In this document: positions 19,978 through 28,237 of the stretch, piece by piece
Position numbering within the stretch: the stretch's first letter is position 1
How the letters are laid out: each line of letters opens with the position of its first letter
NCBI GenBank assembly: GCA_035463855.1
Contig: DATHSW010000395.1
Location: 121-64,120 of the forward strand
Direction of reading: 5' to 3'
Length of the DNA: 64,000 nt
DNA from: Candidatus Deferrimicrobiaceae bacterium
GTDB lineage: Bacteria; Methylomirabilota; Methylomirabilia; Rokubacteriales; CSP1-6
Notes under the pieces: model-generated
Seen by the model: the letters and a program-made list of their open reading frames with translations, nothing else
Told to the model about the DNA's origin: nothing
Databases searched by the model: none
Translations under genes and position numbers: made by a program

Positions 19978-21312
19978 ATGGGACCATCGAGGCTCGCCGA
20001 ATCTGATTCGCCGGAGCGGCAGAAGCCGGTATGGGAGGGCACGCGGTCAGCCCGGTCGGCCGGGGAGGACTTGGTCCGGCTGTATTTCCGGGAGATGAGC
20101 CAGGTTCCCCTCCTGAACCCGGCCGAGGAGATCGACCTCTGCCGGCGAATGGAGGAGGGACAGATCGCGCTTCGGCGTGCCTTGGCACGGGCCCCGCTGG
20201 CGCTGTCGATGCTCCTGGCGGTGGCCGGCCAGGTCCAGAGACACGAGCTTCCGCCGTCCGAGCTGATCGTCCCCGCGGACGGCAGCGAGGTCGACCCGGG
20301 GGTCCTCCGGGCCGCCTTCTCGCGAATCCGTCGCATCCGCAGGCTTCAGCGGGACCTCGACGCGCGCGGGGGCGCCTCCCGTGACGGCCGCCGCGCGGCC
20401 TCGAGCCGGCAGGCCTGCCGGCTACGTCTCGAGCGGGCCATGACCAGCCTGCCGGTCGCCCCCGCTCTCGTAGACAAGCTCGTCGCAGAGCTCCGCCACC
20501 AGGCGGCCGGTGTTTCCCCAGGCCTCATCGGCCTGTCGCAAGAAGCGCTTCGGAACCTCCTCGCCGAGCTGGCGGAACAGGAGCGCATCGTCTGCCGGTG
20601 CAAACGCGAGTTGACCGAAGCCAATCTCAGGCTGGTGGTCTCGATTGCCAAGCGGTATGCGCGCTTGGGCCTTCCCCTTTCCGACCTCATCCAGGAGGGC
20701 AACCTCGGACTGATCAAGGCGGTCGACCGCTTCCAGTACCGGCGCGGCTTCAAGTTCTCGACCTATGCGACCTGGTGGATCCGGCAGGCCATCACACGGA
20801 GCCTCGCCGATTCCGGTCGAACCATCCGGCTACCGCCGCCCATCGTCGAGGCGATGCAGCGCCTGCGACGGGTCCACGCAACGCTCACGGCAGAGCTGGG
20901 TCGGGAGCCCGCGGAGGCCGAGCTGGCCGGCCGGAGCGGCTTGTCGGATTCGAAGGTCCGACTCATCCTCGATTCCGTCCAGCGGCCCTGCTCCCTCGAG
21001 ACGCCGGTCGGCGAAGATGCGCAGCTGGGAGACTTCCTGACGGATGCCGAGGCGCCGAGGCCCGACGAGGCCGCTCTCGAGAAGGATCTCACCGCCCAGA
21101 TCGAGCGGAGCCTCGCGAGGCTCTCGGACCGGGAGCGCATGCTGCTGCAACTCCGCTTCGGGCTCGCCGGCGGCAGCGAGCACACGCTGGAAGAGATCGG
21201 CGCGCACTTCCTGGTCACCCGGGAGCGAATCCGGCAGATCGAGGCCAAGGCGCTCCGAAAGCTTCGTCACCCGGTCCGCAGCCAGGCGCTCCGGGCCTTT
21301 GCCAGGGGCTGA
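19978..21312 (+). CDS. RNA polymerase sigma-70 family factor, RpoD/RpoS-like (paralog 2)
   Basis: Region 1.2 [16 protein letters not shown], region 2 [35 protein letters not shown], region 4.2 [20 protein letters not shown]. Start at the first in-frame ATG after the promoter. Confidence 0.8.
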   Translation: MGPSRLAESDSPERQKPVWEGTRSARSAGEDLVRLYFREMSQVPLLNPAEEIDLCRRMEEGQIALRRALARAPLALSMLLAVAGQVQRHELPPSELIVPADGSEVDPGVLRAAFSRIRRIRRLQRDLDARGGASRDGRRAASSRQACRLRLERAMTSLPVAPALVDKLVAELRHQAAGVSPGLIGLSQEALRNLLAELAEQERIVCRCKRELTEANLRLVVSIAKRYARLGLPLSDLIQEGNLGLIKAVDRFQYRRGFKFSTYATWWIRQAITRSLADSGRTIRLPPPIVEAMQRLRRVHATLTAELGREPAEAELAGRSGLSDSKVRLILDSVQRPCSLETPVGEDAQLGDFLTDAEAPRPDEAALEKDLTAQIERSLARLSDRERMLLQLRFGLAGGSEHTLEEIGAHFLVTRERIRQIEAKALRKLRHPVRSQALRAFARG

Positions 21313-21328
21313 CCGGACGGAGGGGAAA

Positions 21329-22213
21329 CTGCTTCGCAAAGCCGGGCAGGACGCCTTGCGGGGGCGTCTCGAGGCCCACGTGCGTGCGCTCGCCGCCGAT
21401 ATCGGCGAGCGGAACGCCTTCCGGCTGCCCGCGCTACGCCGCGCCGCGGACTTCGTAGCCGGGGAGTGGACTGCCCAGGGCTATCGCGTGACTCCCCAGA
21501 TCTACGACTTGGGCGGGGTCCCGATGGCGAACCTCGAGATCGAGCTCCGGGGCCGGGTAAGGCCGCACGAGATCGTGCTGGTGGGCGCTCACTACGACTC
21601 CGTCCTCGGCAGCCCCGGGGCCGACGACAACGCGAGTGGCGTGGCCGCGCTCCTCGAGATGTCACGCCTCCTCGCCGACACGGAACCCGGCCGGACCGTC
21701 CGGCTGGTGGCCTTCGTCAACGAAGAGCCGCCGTTCTTCGCGACACCGCGGATGGGCAGCGAGGTCTACGCGCGCGCGGCGCACGCGCGGGGTGACGATA
21801 TCCGGCTGATGGTCTCGCTCGAGACCATCGGCTACTACAGCGAGGCGCCCGGTAGCCAGCGGTATCCTCCGCCCTTCGGGCTGATCTACCCTGATCGGGG
21901 GAATTTCCTGGCCATGGTGTCGAACCTGAAGTCTCGGCGGGTACTCCACCGCGTGGTCGAGGCCTTCCAGGTCCACTCGGATTTCCCCGTCGAGTGGCTG
22001 ACCAGCCCCTCTCTGCTCCCCGGCGTGGGCTGGAGCGACCAGCGCTCCTTCTGGAGACGTGGCTATCCGGCCCTCATGGTGACGGATACCGCATTTTATC
22101 GCTACCCCTACTACCACTCTCCCCAAGACACCGAGGAAAAGCTCGATTACGAGGCGCTCGCCCGCGTCGCCCAGGGCCTGGCCCGCGCCATCGGCATGCT
22201 GGCCGAGACCTGA
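21329..22213 (+). CDS. M28 family metallopeptidase (aminopeptidase-like); non-ATG start, position uncertain
   Basis: VLVGAHYDSV, GADDNASGVAALLE, FVNEEPP, WSDQRSFW. No ATG lies after the upstream stop; candidate starts are CTG 21329 (after GGAGG) and TTG 21356. Confidence 0.7.
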   Translation: MLRKAGQDALRGRLEAHVRALAADIGERNAFRLPALRRAADFVAGEWTAQGYRVTPQIYDLGGVPMANLEIELRGRVRPHEIVLVGAHYDSVLGSPGADDNASGVAALLEMSRLLADTEPGRTVRLVAFVNEEPPFFATPRMGSEVYARAAHARGDDIRLMVSLETIGYYSEAPGSQRYPPPFGLIYPDRGNFLAMVSNLKSRRVLHRVVEAFQVHSDFPVEWLTSPSLLPGVGWSDQRSFWRRGYPALMVTDTAFYRYPYYHSPQDTEEKLDYEALARVAQGLARAIGMLAET

Positions 22214-22398
22214 CCACCCCGAGGAGGATGCTGCGCCCAGATCTCGCCATCGGCTCGCTGCTTGACCTCGGCGACGAGGCCGTCGCCGTGCAGGGCGGGC
22301 GAGAGGCACTCCATCCTGGGAGTGCCGAGGTCGATCCCGATGTTCGCCATGTCAAGTCTCCCGTCGGATGGATGGCCGTCTGTCGCCTCCCCCGCTAT

Positions 22399-22701
22399 TC
22401 ACGGGTGTGCCGTCTCGGGCACGGCTCCCGGCTTCAGAATTGCCCGTAGATCCTTCCCCATCTTGAAGAACGGCACCTTCCGAGCGGGAACGTTCACGGT
22501 GGCGCCCGTCTTCGGGTTCCGGCCGACGCGGGCGCGTCGTTGCCGAATACCGAACGTGCCCAGACCGCGCAGCTCCACGCGCTCACCCTTCGCAAGCGCC
22601 TCGGTGATCCGCTCGAAGACGGCGGTCACGACGGTGGCGCTCACTTCACCAGTGAGGCCGGAGATCCGCGCCACTTCCTGGACCAGGTCGCTCTTGTTCA
22701 C
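22399..22701 (-). CDS. IHF/HU family DNA-bending protein, paralog 1
   Basis: (V)NKSDLVQEVA..., VELRGLGTFGIRQRRARVGRNPKTGATVNVPARKVPFFKMGKDL. GTG start at 22701, placed by alignment with paralog 2. Confidence 0.85.
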   Translation of the reverse strand: MNKSDLVQEVARISGLTGEVSATVVTAVFERITEALAKGERVELRGLGTFGIRQRRARVGRNPKTGATVNVPARKVPFFKMGKDLRAILKPGAVPETAHP

Positions 22702-22745
22702 GTGCGCACGCGAGCTCGCGAGACGGCTTTGGTCGGCGGCGACCC

Positions 22746-22949
22746 TCAGTCGAGCTCCTCCTCGGATCGGCCGCACCGATCGCATCGCGTCATCGGCCAA
22801 TCCGTGCCCGCCACGTCCTCCTCACCCTCGGCGGCATGGATCAGCCCGCCGCACGGGCACGGCTCCGGATACTCCTCCAGGCACTCGGGGCACTGCGCAT
22901 CGCCGATGACGTGCGTGGTCTCGTCACCGATCGCAAACAGCTGGGGCAT
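22746..22949 (-). CDS. small zinc-ribbon-like protein (67 aa)
   Basis: Cys pairs CPEC ... CPCGG ... CDRCG with an acidic tail. Lies between pcm and the IHF-like gene in the same orientation. Confidence 0.4.
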   Translation of the reverse strand: MPQLFAIGDETTHVIGDAQCPECLEEYPEPCPCGGLIHAAEGEEDVAGTDWPMTRCDRCGRSEEELD

Positions 22950-22963
22950 GATTCGTCCTCCGG

Positions 22964-23632
22964 TTATCCGGTAGAAGAAGCTTCGCCGCCCTCGGTCCAG
23001 CCCTCGGCCCCGATCAGGGGGACGAACGCTACCTCTTCGAGATCCTCGTACTCGTACTCGTGCACATCGGTTCGGGTCACGCGGACTAGGCGCTGGTGGC
23101 GGGCGACCGGGCCCACCGGCATGACCAGCCGGCCGCCCACCGCGAGCTGGTTGAGCAGCGCCTTGGGCACTCGCGGGCCCCCCGCCGTCACCAGGATCGC
23201 GTCGTACGGCGCGTGCTCCGCCCAGCCCAGGCTGCCGTCGCCCTCGAGAACGTGGACGGTGGCGTAGCCGAGCCTGGCCAGACGGTCGCGGGCCTCGTCG
23301 GCCAGGGCCCCCACCCGCTCGACGGTGTACACCTCGGCCGCGATCCGCGACAGGACCGCCGCGCCGTAGCCCGAGCCGGTCCCGATCTCGAGGGCCCGGG
23401 CGCCCGCCTTGAGCCCGGCGGCGGCGGTCATGATGGCCACGATGTACGGCTGCGAGATGGTCTGGCCATGCCCGATCGGCAGCGGACCGTCGTCGCAGGC
23501 GAACTTCGCCAGGGACACCGGGACGAAGCGCTCCCGCGGGACGTTCCGCATCGCGTCCAGCACGAGCGGATCGGTGATGCCCCGCGCCTCGATCTGGGTG
23601 GCGACCATGCGCTCTCGGTCTACGTTCGGCAT
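22964..23632 (-). CDS. pcm: protein-L-isoaspartate O-methyltransferase
   Basis: 222 aa with GQTISQPYIVAIM, LEIGTGSGYGAAVLS, PYDAILVTAGG. Close paralog of 55969-56625. Confidence 0.9.
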   Translation of the reverse strand: MPNVDRERMVATQIEARGITDPLVLDAMRNVPRERFVPVSLAKFACDDGPLPIGHGQTISQPYIVAIMTAAAGLKAGARALEIGTGSGYGAAVLSRIAAEVYTVERVGALADEARDRLARLGYATVHVLEGDGSLGWAEHAPYDAILVTAGGPRVPKALLNQLAVGGRLVMPVGPVARHQRLVRVTRTDVHEYEYEDLEEVAFVPLIGAEGWTEGGEASSTG

Positions 23633-23668
23633 CGGAGCACCACCTCTCGCGCCCCCGGCGGATCCCGG

Positions 23669-24109
23669 CTACTCGCCCTTGATCGGGATCGTCGTGCCCT
23701 TCGCCGCCGGCGTCTTGGGCAGGGTCACCGTCAGCAGGCCGTTCTTGAACGTCGCCGAGACCTTGCTGCCATCCACCGCCACCGGCAGCCGCACCCCGCG
23801 CGTGAAGGCCCCGTAGGACCGCTCGACCCGGTGATACCGCTCGTCCTTCTCTTCCTTTTCCTGCTTCTTCTCGCCGGTGATCGTGAGCAGGTTGTCCTGC
23901 AGCGAGATCCGGATGTCCTTCTGGTCCATCCCCGGCACTTCGAGCGCCACGACCAGGCTGTCCTTCGTCTCCGAGATGTCCATGCTCGGGGACCAGTCAC
24001 CAAGCGCCGGGAAGTCGTCCCACTTGGTGGCGAGGAGCCGGTCGAACAGCCGGTCCATGTCCTGCTTCAGGTTCCCGAACCCCGTCCACGGCATCAGGCC
24101 ACTCGTCAT
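23669..24109 (-). CDS. Hsp20/alpha-crystallin small heat-shock protein
   Basis: 146 aa with an alpha-crystallin domain (SMDISETKDSLVVALEVPGMDQKDI ... GLLTVTLPK). Close paralog of 56658-57101. Confidence 0.9.
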   Translation of the reverse strand: MTSGLMPWTGFGNLKQDMDRLFDRLLATKWDDFPALGDWSPSMDISETKDSLVVALEVPGMDQKDIRISLQDNLLTITGEKKQEKEEKDERYHRVERSYGAFTRGVRLPVAVDGSKVSATFKNGLLTVTLPKTPAAKGTTIPIKGE

Positions 24110-24162
24110 GGTGTTTCCTCCTCTCGTGAGAGCGCTTCGGTCGACAGGCTCATCCGGAGAAG

Positions 24163-24178
24163 TGCAACGCGAGTGCCA
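24163..24178 (-). promoter_or_regulatory. sigma-54 type -24/-12 promoter for the hsp20-pcm-Zn ribbon-IHF operon
   Basis: Minus strand reads TGGCAC-TCGCG-TTGCA, a perfect match to the consensus, about 55 nt upstream of ATG 24109. Confidence 0.7.
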
Positions 24179-24265
24179 GCGCGAACCGCCGTCGATTCAG
24201 CGGGTTGCCCCGGTCGTGCCGGCGGCCGCCGAGGCACGACCGCCCCGGTGTGGCCGACCCGCCCC
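24163..24265 (-). repeat. 103-bp conserved promoter module, copy 2 of 3
   Basis: Same length and block structure as 4595-4697 and 57155-57257. In addition it carries the inverted repeat ggtcgtgcc-N12-ggcacgacc. Confidence 0.6.
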
Positions 24266-24309
24266 AGTCCCGCGACGCCGGAACCCCGATTCCGTGCGGG
24301 CTTGTGGCT

Positions 24310-24325
24310 CGGCACCTGCCTTGCA
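24310..24325 (+). promoter_or_regulatory. sigma-54 type -24/-12 promoter for the CBS / ACP-FAAL-acyltransferase / HdeD operon
   Basis: CGGCAC-CTGCC-TTGCA, 41 nt upstream of ATG 24366. It diverges from the hsp20 promoter. Confidence 0.5.
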
Positions 24326-24365
24326 CTTCACGCGGCCGTCCAACTCTCACTCAAGGAGGCTCATC

Positions 24366-24788
24366 ATGCTCGGGAAGATCTGCATCAAGCCGGTTGTCAC
24401 CGCGTCGGTTCAGATGACCGTGGATCAGGCGGCGCGGGCGATGCGGGCCAGGAACGTGGGCGCCCTCGTCGTCGTCAACGCCGGCCGACCCGTCGGGATG
24501 CTGACCGACCGGGATGTGGCCGTCGAAGTCGTCGCGAAGGGAATGGACCCCGAGACGGTCCGGGTCGGGGACGTCATGCACAAGAAGCCCATCACCATCC
24601 GGGAGGACCTGGGCATTCTCGATGCGACCAAGGTCTTCGCCAGGACCGGCGTCCGCCGCCTCCCGGTGGTCACCAAGAGCGGCGTTCTGGTGGGTGTCAT
24701 CGCGATGGACGACCTGATCATGCTGCTCGGCAACGAGCTGGGCCACGTGGCCGGTGCCCTCTCGGCCGGCCTGAGACGGGCCTCGTAG
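24366..24788 (+). CDS. CBS-pair domain protein
   Basis: 140 aa. Ribosome-binding site AGGAGG. Two CBS motifs (VGALVVVNAGRPVGMLTDRDV and VRRLPVVTKSGVLVGVIAMDDL). Confidence 0.85.
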   Translation: MLGKICIKPVVTASVQMTVDQAARAMRARNVGALVVVNAGRPVGMLTDRDVAVEVVAKGMDPETVRVGDVMHKKPITIREDLGILDATKVFARTGVRRLPVVTKSGVLVGVIAMDDLIMLLGNELGHVAGALSAGLRRAS

Positions 24789-24817
24789 GACGCCGCCCCC
24801 CGGTCCGGCCCGACGGC

Positions 24818-27640
24818 GTGTCCATCTCGGACGTGATCCGGCAGGACCCGCGAGCGGTCGGGCGCGACGTCCTGGCCATCGTCTCGACCCTGGTCGACGA
24901 GCTCGGCGGCCGGCCCGGTGACCGGCCCGTCGGGCTCGACGATCGCCTGGATCGCGACCTGGGCATCGGCAGCCTCGAGCGCGTCGAGCTGCTGCTCCGC
25001 CTCGAGCAGCGGTTCGGGGTCCGCCTGCCCGACGCCGTGATGGCGGAGGCGGTCAGCCCGCGCGATCTCGTCACGGCCATCCGGGGGGCGGAGCCGGCCA
25101 CCCTGGAGGCGCTGCCCCGGATCCGTCCGCCCCTGGGTGAGGCGGCGCCCCCGCCGGTCGGGGCCCGATCGCTGCTGGACGTGCTCGCCTGGCACGCCGA
25201 GGCCACGCCGGAGCGGGTCCACGTCTTCCTGCGAGACGAGGACGGCCGGGAACAGCCCATCACCTACGGCGCGCTCTGGGATCGAGCAAAGGGCATCGCC
25301 GCCGGGCTCCGGGATCGGCGGGTCGGCCGCGGGGACACGGTGGCGATCATGCTGCGAACCGAGGCGGCCTTCTTCCACACGTTCTTCGGCGTCCTGCTCG
25401 CCGGTGCGGTGCCGGTCCCCGTCTACCCGCCGTTCAGACGGGACCTGATCGAGGACTACGCGCGGCGGCAGGTCGGCATCCTCCAGAACTCGGGCGCCCG
25501 CGCCATCATCACGTTCCCGGAAGCCGTGCGCGTGGCCGCGCTGCTGCGCTCGCGGGTCCCGTCGATCCGCCACACCGTGACCGCGAATGATCTGGGTCAG
25601 GCGGAGCCGGTGGGCTCCACGTCGGCCGGGGGTCCGCACGACCCGGCGCTGATCCAGTACACTTCGGGCAGCACCGGCGCGCCCAAGGGTGTCTTGCTCT
25701 CCCACGCCAACCTGCTCGCCAACATCCGCGCCATCGGCGACGCGATCCAGGTCCGTCCCGATGACGTCGCCGTGAGCTGGCTGCCGCTCTACCACGACAT
25801 GGGACTCATCGGATCCTGGCTCGGCGCCCTCTACTTCGGCATCCCGATCGCGATCCTGTCCCCGCTCGCGTTCCTCGCCCGGCCGGCGCGGTGGCTGCAC
25901 GCCATCCACGCGCACCGGGCCACCGTGTCCGCCGCCCCCAACTTCGGCTTCGACCTCTGCGCGCGGCGGATCACGGACGAGGAGATCGCGGGACTGGATC
26001 TGTCCTCCTGGCGGTTGGCGCTCAACGGCTCGGAGCCGGTGAGCCCGGAGACCATCGAGCGGTTCAGCCGGCGGTTCGGCCCGTGGGGATTCCAGGCCCG
26101 CGCGATGTGCCCGGTCTACGGGCTCGCCGAAGCCTCCGTGGCGCTCACGATCCCCGCGCCCGGGGCGGGACCGCGGATCGACCGGGTCGCGCGGGAGCCG
26201 TTCCAGCAGGCCGGCCAGGCGCTCCCCGTCCCCGCCGGCGAGGCCGCGCCGCTGCACTTCGTCTCGTGCGGCCCGCCCCTGCCCCGCCACCAGGTGCGGG
26301 TGGTGGATCGGGACGGGCGGCCGCTGGGTGAGCGCGCGGAAGGGCGGATCGAGTTCCGCGGCCCCTCGGTCACCGAGGGCTACTGGAGGAACCCGGCCGC
26401 GACGCGGGCGGTGTGGCACGACGGGTGGCTGGACTCGGGCGATCTGGGCTACTGGGCCGACGGCGAGCTGTTCATCACCGGCCGGGTGAAGGACCTCATC
26501 AAGAAGGCCGGCCGCAATCTCTATCCGCAGGAGGTCGAGGACGTCGTCGGAGGGATCCCGGGCATCCGGAAGGGCTGCGTGGCCGCCTTCGGCGTGCACG
26601 ACCCGAGCGTGGGCACCGAGCGCCTCGTGGTCGTCGCCGAGACCCGGACGCCCGGGACCGCCGAGCGGGAGCGGCTGCGGGCGACCGTGATGGACCGGGT
26701 GGTGTCGGCGCTCGGCGTGCCGGCCGATGTGGTCGTCATCGCCGACCCGCACGCCGTCCTCAAGACGTCCAGCGGCAAGGTGCGGCGCAGCGCCACGCGC
26801 GCCGCCTACCTGCAGGGCGTCATGGGTCGTCCGGGGCGCCCGATCGCCGCGCAATGGGCGCGGTTGCTCCTGGGTGCCCTCGGGGCGCGGGTGCGGCAGG
26901 CCGCCGGCCGACTCCCCGCCCTCGGCCGCGGCGCCTATCTCGGCTCGCTGCTGCTGGTCACCCTCCCGCCGCTCTGGCTGCTCGTGCTCCTGGCCCCGAC
27001 GGGTCCGGCCGCCGACCGGGCGGTGCGGCTCTGGTGTCGCCTGATCCTGGCGCTCTCCGGCTGCTCCCTCCGGCTCGAGGGTCAGGACCAGCTCACCGCG
27101 GTGACGGGCCCGGTCGTTCTGGCCGCGAACCACGCCAGCTATCTCGACGTCGTCGTCCTCCTCGCCGCGCTGCCGCTCCCCTTCCGGTTCGTCGCCAAGC
27201 GGGAGCTGGCGCGGACCCCCCTGGTGGGCCGCGTGATCCGCAAGGTCGGGCACCTGATGGTGGAGCGGGGTCAGGCCTCGCAGAGCGTCGCCGACGCCGG
27301 GCGCGTCACCTCGGCGCTCCGGGCCGGCCTGTCGGTGCTGGTCTTCGCCGAGGGCACGTTCGCGCGGCCACCGGGAATCCTGCCGTTCCGCCTGGGCGGC
27401 TTCAAGGCGGCGGTGGACACCGGCTGCCCGGTGATCCCGGTGACGATCCGGGGCGCCCGCGAGATCCTGCCCGCGTACGAATGGCTGCCGGAGCCGGGTC
27501 CCCTCACGGTCGCGGTGAGCGCTCCCATCACGGCTGAAGAAGACGGATGGCCCGCCATGGTGCGCCTGCGCGACCGCACGCGCGCGGAGATCAGTCGCCG
27601 GTCGGGCGAGCCTGCGGTGGACCGATCCTACACACCCTGA
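24818..27640 (+). CDS. tri-domain protein: acyl carrier (PP-binding) domain, fatty acyl-AMP/CoA ligase, TM segment, and 1-acyl-sn-glycerol-3-phosphate-type acyltransferase (PlsC/LPLAT)
   Basis: GTG start just after the CBS stop. ACP motif DLGIGSLERVELL, AMP-binding motifs QYTSGSTGAPKGV and GDLGYWADGELFITGRVKD, a hydrophobic stretch LLLVTLPPLWLLVLLAP, and acyltransferase motifs NHASYLDV and FAEGT. The first ~570 codons of the track ORF are a shadow of pcm/hsp20. Confidence 0.8.
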   Translation: MSISDVIRQDPRAVGRDVLAIVSTLVDELGGRPGDRPVGLDDRLDRDLGIGSLERVELLLRLEQRFGVRLPDAVMAEAVSPRDLVTAIRGAEPATLEALPRIRPPLGEAAPPPVGARSLLDVLAWHAEATPERVHVFLRDEDGREQPITYGALWDRAKGIAAGLRDRRVGRGDTVAIMLRTEAAFFHTFFGVLLAGAVPVPVYPPFRRDLIEDYARRQVGILQNSGARAIITFPEAVRVAALLRSRVPSIRHTVTANDLGQAEPVGSTSAGGPHDPALIQYTSGSTGAPKGVLLSHANLLANIRAIGDAIQVRPDDVAVSWLPLYHDMGLIGSWLGALYFGIPIAILSPLAFLARPARWLHAIHAHRATVSAAPNFGFDLCARRITDEEIAGLDLSSWRLALNGSEPVSPETIERFSRRFGPWGFQARAMCPVYGLAEASVALTIPAPGAGPRIDRVAREPFQQAGQALPVPAGEAAPLHFVSCGPPLPRHQVRVVDRDGRPLGERAEGRIEFRGPSVTEGYWRNPAATRAVWHDGWLDSGDLGYWADGELFITGRVKDLIKKAGRNLYPQEVEDVVGGIPGIRKGCVAAFGVHDPSVGTERLVVVAETRTPGTAERERLRATVMDRVVSALGVPADVVVIADPHAVLKTSSGKVRRSATRAAYLQGVMGRPGRPIAAQWARLLLGALGARVRQAAGRLPALGRGAYLGSLLLVTLPPLWLLVLLAPTGPAADRAVRLWCRLILALSGCSLRLEGQDQLTAVTGPVVLAANHASYLDVVVLLAALPLPFRFVAKRELARTPLVGRVIRKVGHLMVERGQASQSVADAGRVTSALRAGLSVLVFAEGTFARPPGILPFRLGGFKAAVDTGCPVIPVTIRGAREILPAYEWLPEPGPLTVAVSAPITAEEDGWPAMVRLRDRTRAEISRRSGEPAVDRSYTP

Positions 27641-27655
27641 GAACGGGAGACCGCC

Positions 27656-28225
27656 ATGACCAACGGCAGCAGCACGGACCATATCCTCCTCACGACGCTC
27701 GGCGAGAACTGGTGGATGGTCGCAGCTCGCGGGGTGCTCGCCATCCTGTTCGGGCTCACGGTCCTGCTCTGGCCGGCCCTGCCCCTCAACCTGCTGGTCG
27801 CCATCTTCGGCGTCTATGCGCTCCTGGACGGCGCCTGGGCCGTCGCCTCCGCGCTCTGGGTCGCGCGACTGTCGTTCGCGACCTGGCCCGTGCTCTTCGA
27901 AGGGGTGGTGAGCCTCGGGGTGGGGTGGCTGGCGCTCGGGTGGCCCCTCGTGTCCCGTGACGCGGTGCGGGCGATCGCGGTCTGGGGTCTGCTCACCGGG
28001 GTCCTGGAGCTCGTCGCGGCCGCCCGCCTGCCGCGCCGGGGAGCCGGGTACTGGCTGCTGGTGACGGGCGGCGTGTTCTCCCTGTTCCTGGCGGTGCTCA
28101 TCCTGATGCTGCCCCACGCCGTCGAGCCGTCCGTCGCCTGGGCGGTGGGCGTCTACGCCCTCTGCTTCGGCGCGCTGCTCACGGGGGCCGCCGTCTCGCT
28201 CCGGAAGCCGCTGCAGGCCCGGTGA
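27656..28225 (+). CDS. HdeD/DUF308 family membrane protein
   Basis: 189 aa with repeated TM pairs in the pattern WWMVAARGVLAILFGLTVLLWP ... GVYALLDG. Confidence 0.65.
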   Translation: MTNGSSTDHILLTTLGENWWMVAARGVLAILFGLTVLLWPALPLNLLVAIFGVYALLDGAWAVASALWVARLSFATWPVLFEGVVSLGVGWLALGWPLVSRDAVRAIAVWGLLTGVLELVAAARLPRRGAGYWLLVTGGVFSLFLAVLILMLPHAVEPSVAWAVGVYALCFGALLTGAAVSLRKPLQAR

Positions 28226-28237
28226 GCCGGGCGGCCC

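Noticed and set aside
22147-22350. 67-aa ORF starting MANIGIDLGT, resembling the phosphate-1 motif of Hsp70/actin-fold ATPases, with a plausible ribosome-binding site
   Set aside because: Only the first ~10 residues resemble that fold. The rest is featureless and the ORF overlaps the 3' end of the M28 peptidase gene by 66 nt. It is at best a gene remnant and there is not enough evidence to annotate it.
23096-24817. N-terminal ~570 codons of the 1514-aa track ORF 23096-27640
   Set aside because: This part is antisense to pcm, hsp20 and the promoter module and has no domain signatures. The recognisable protein begins with the ACP domain, right after the CBS gene stop, at GTG 24818.
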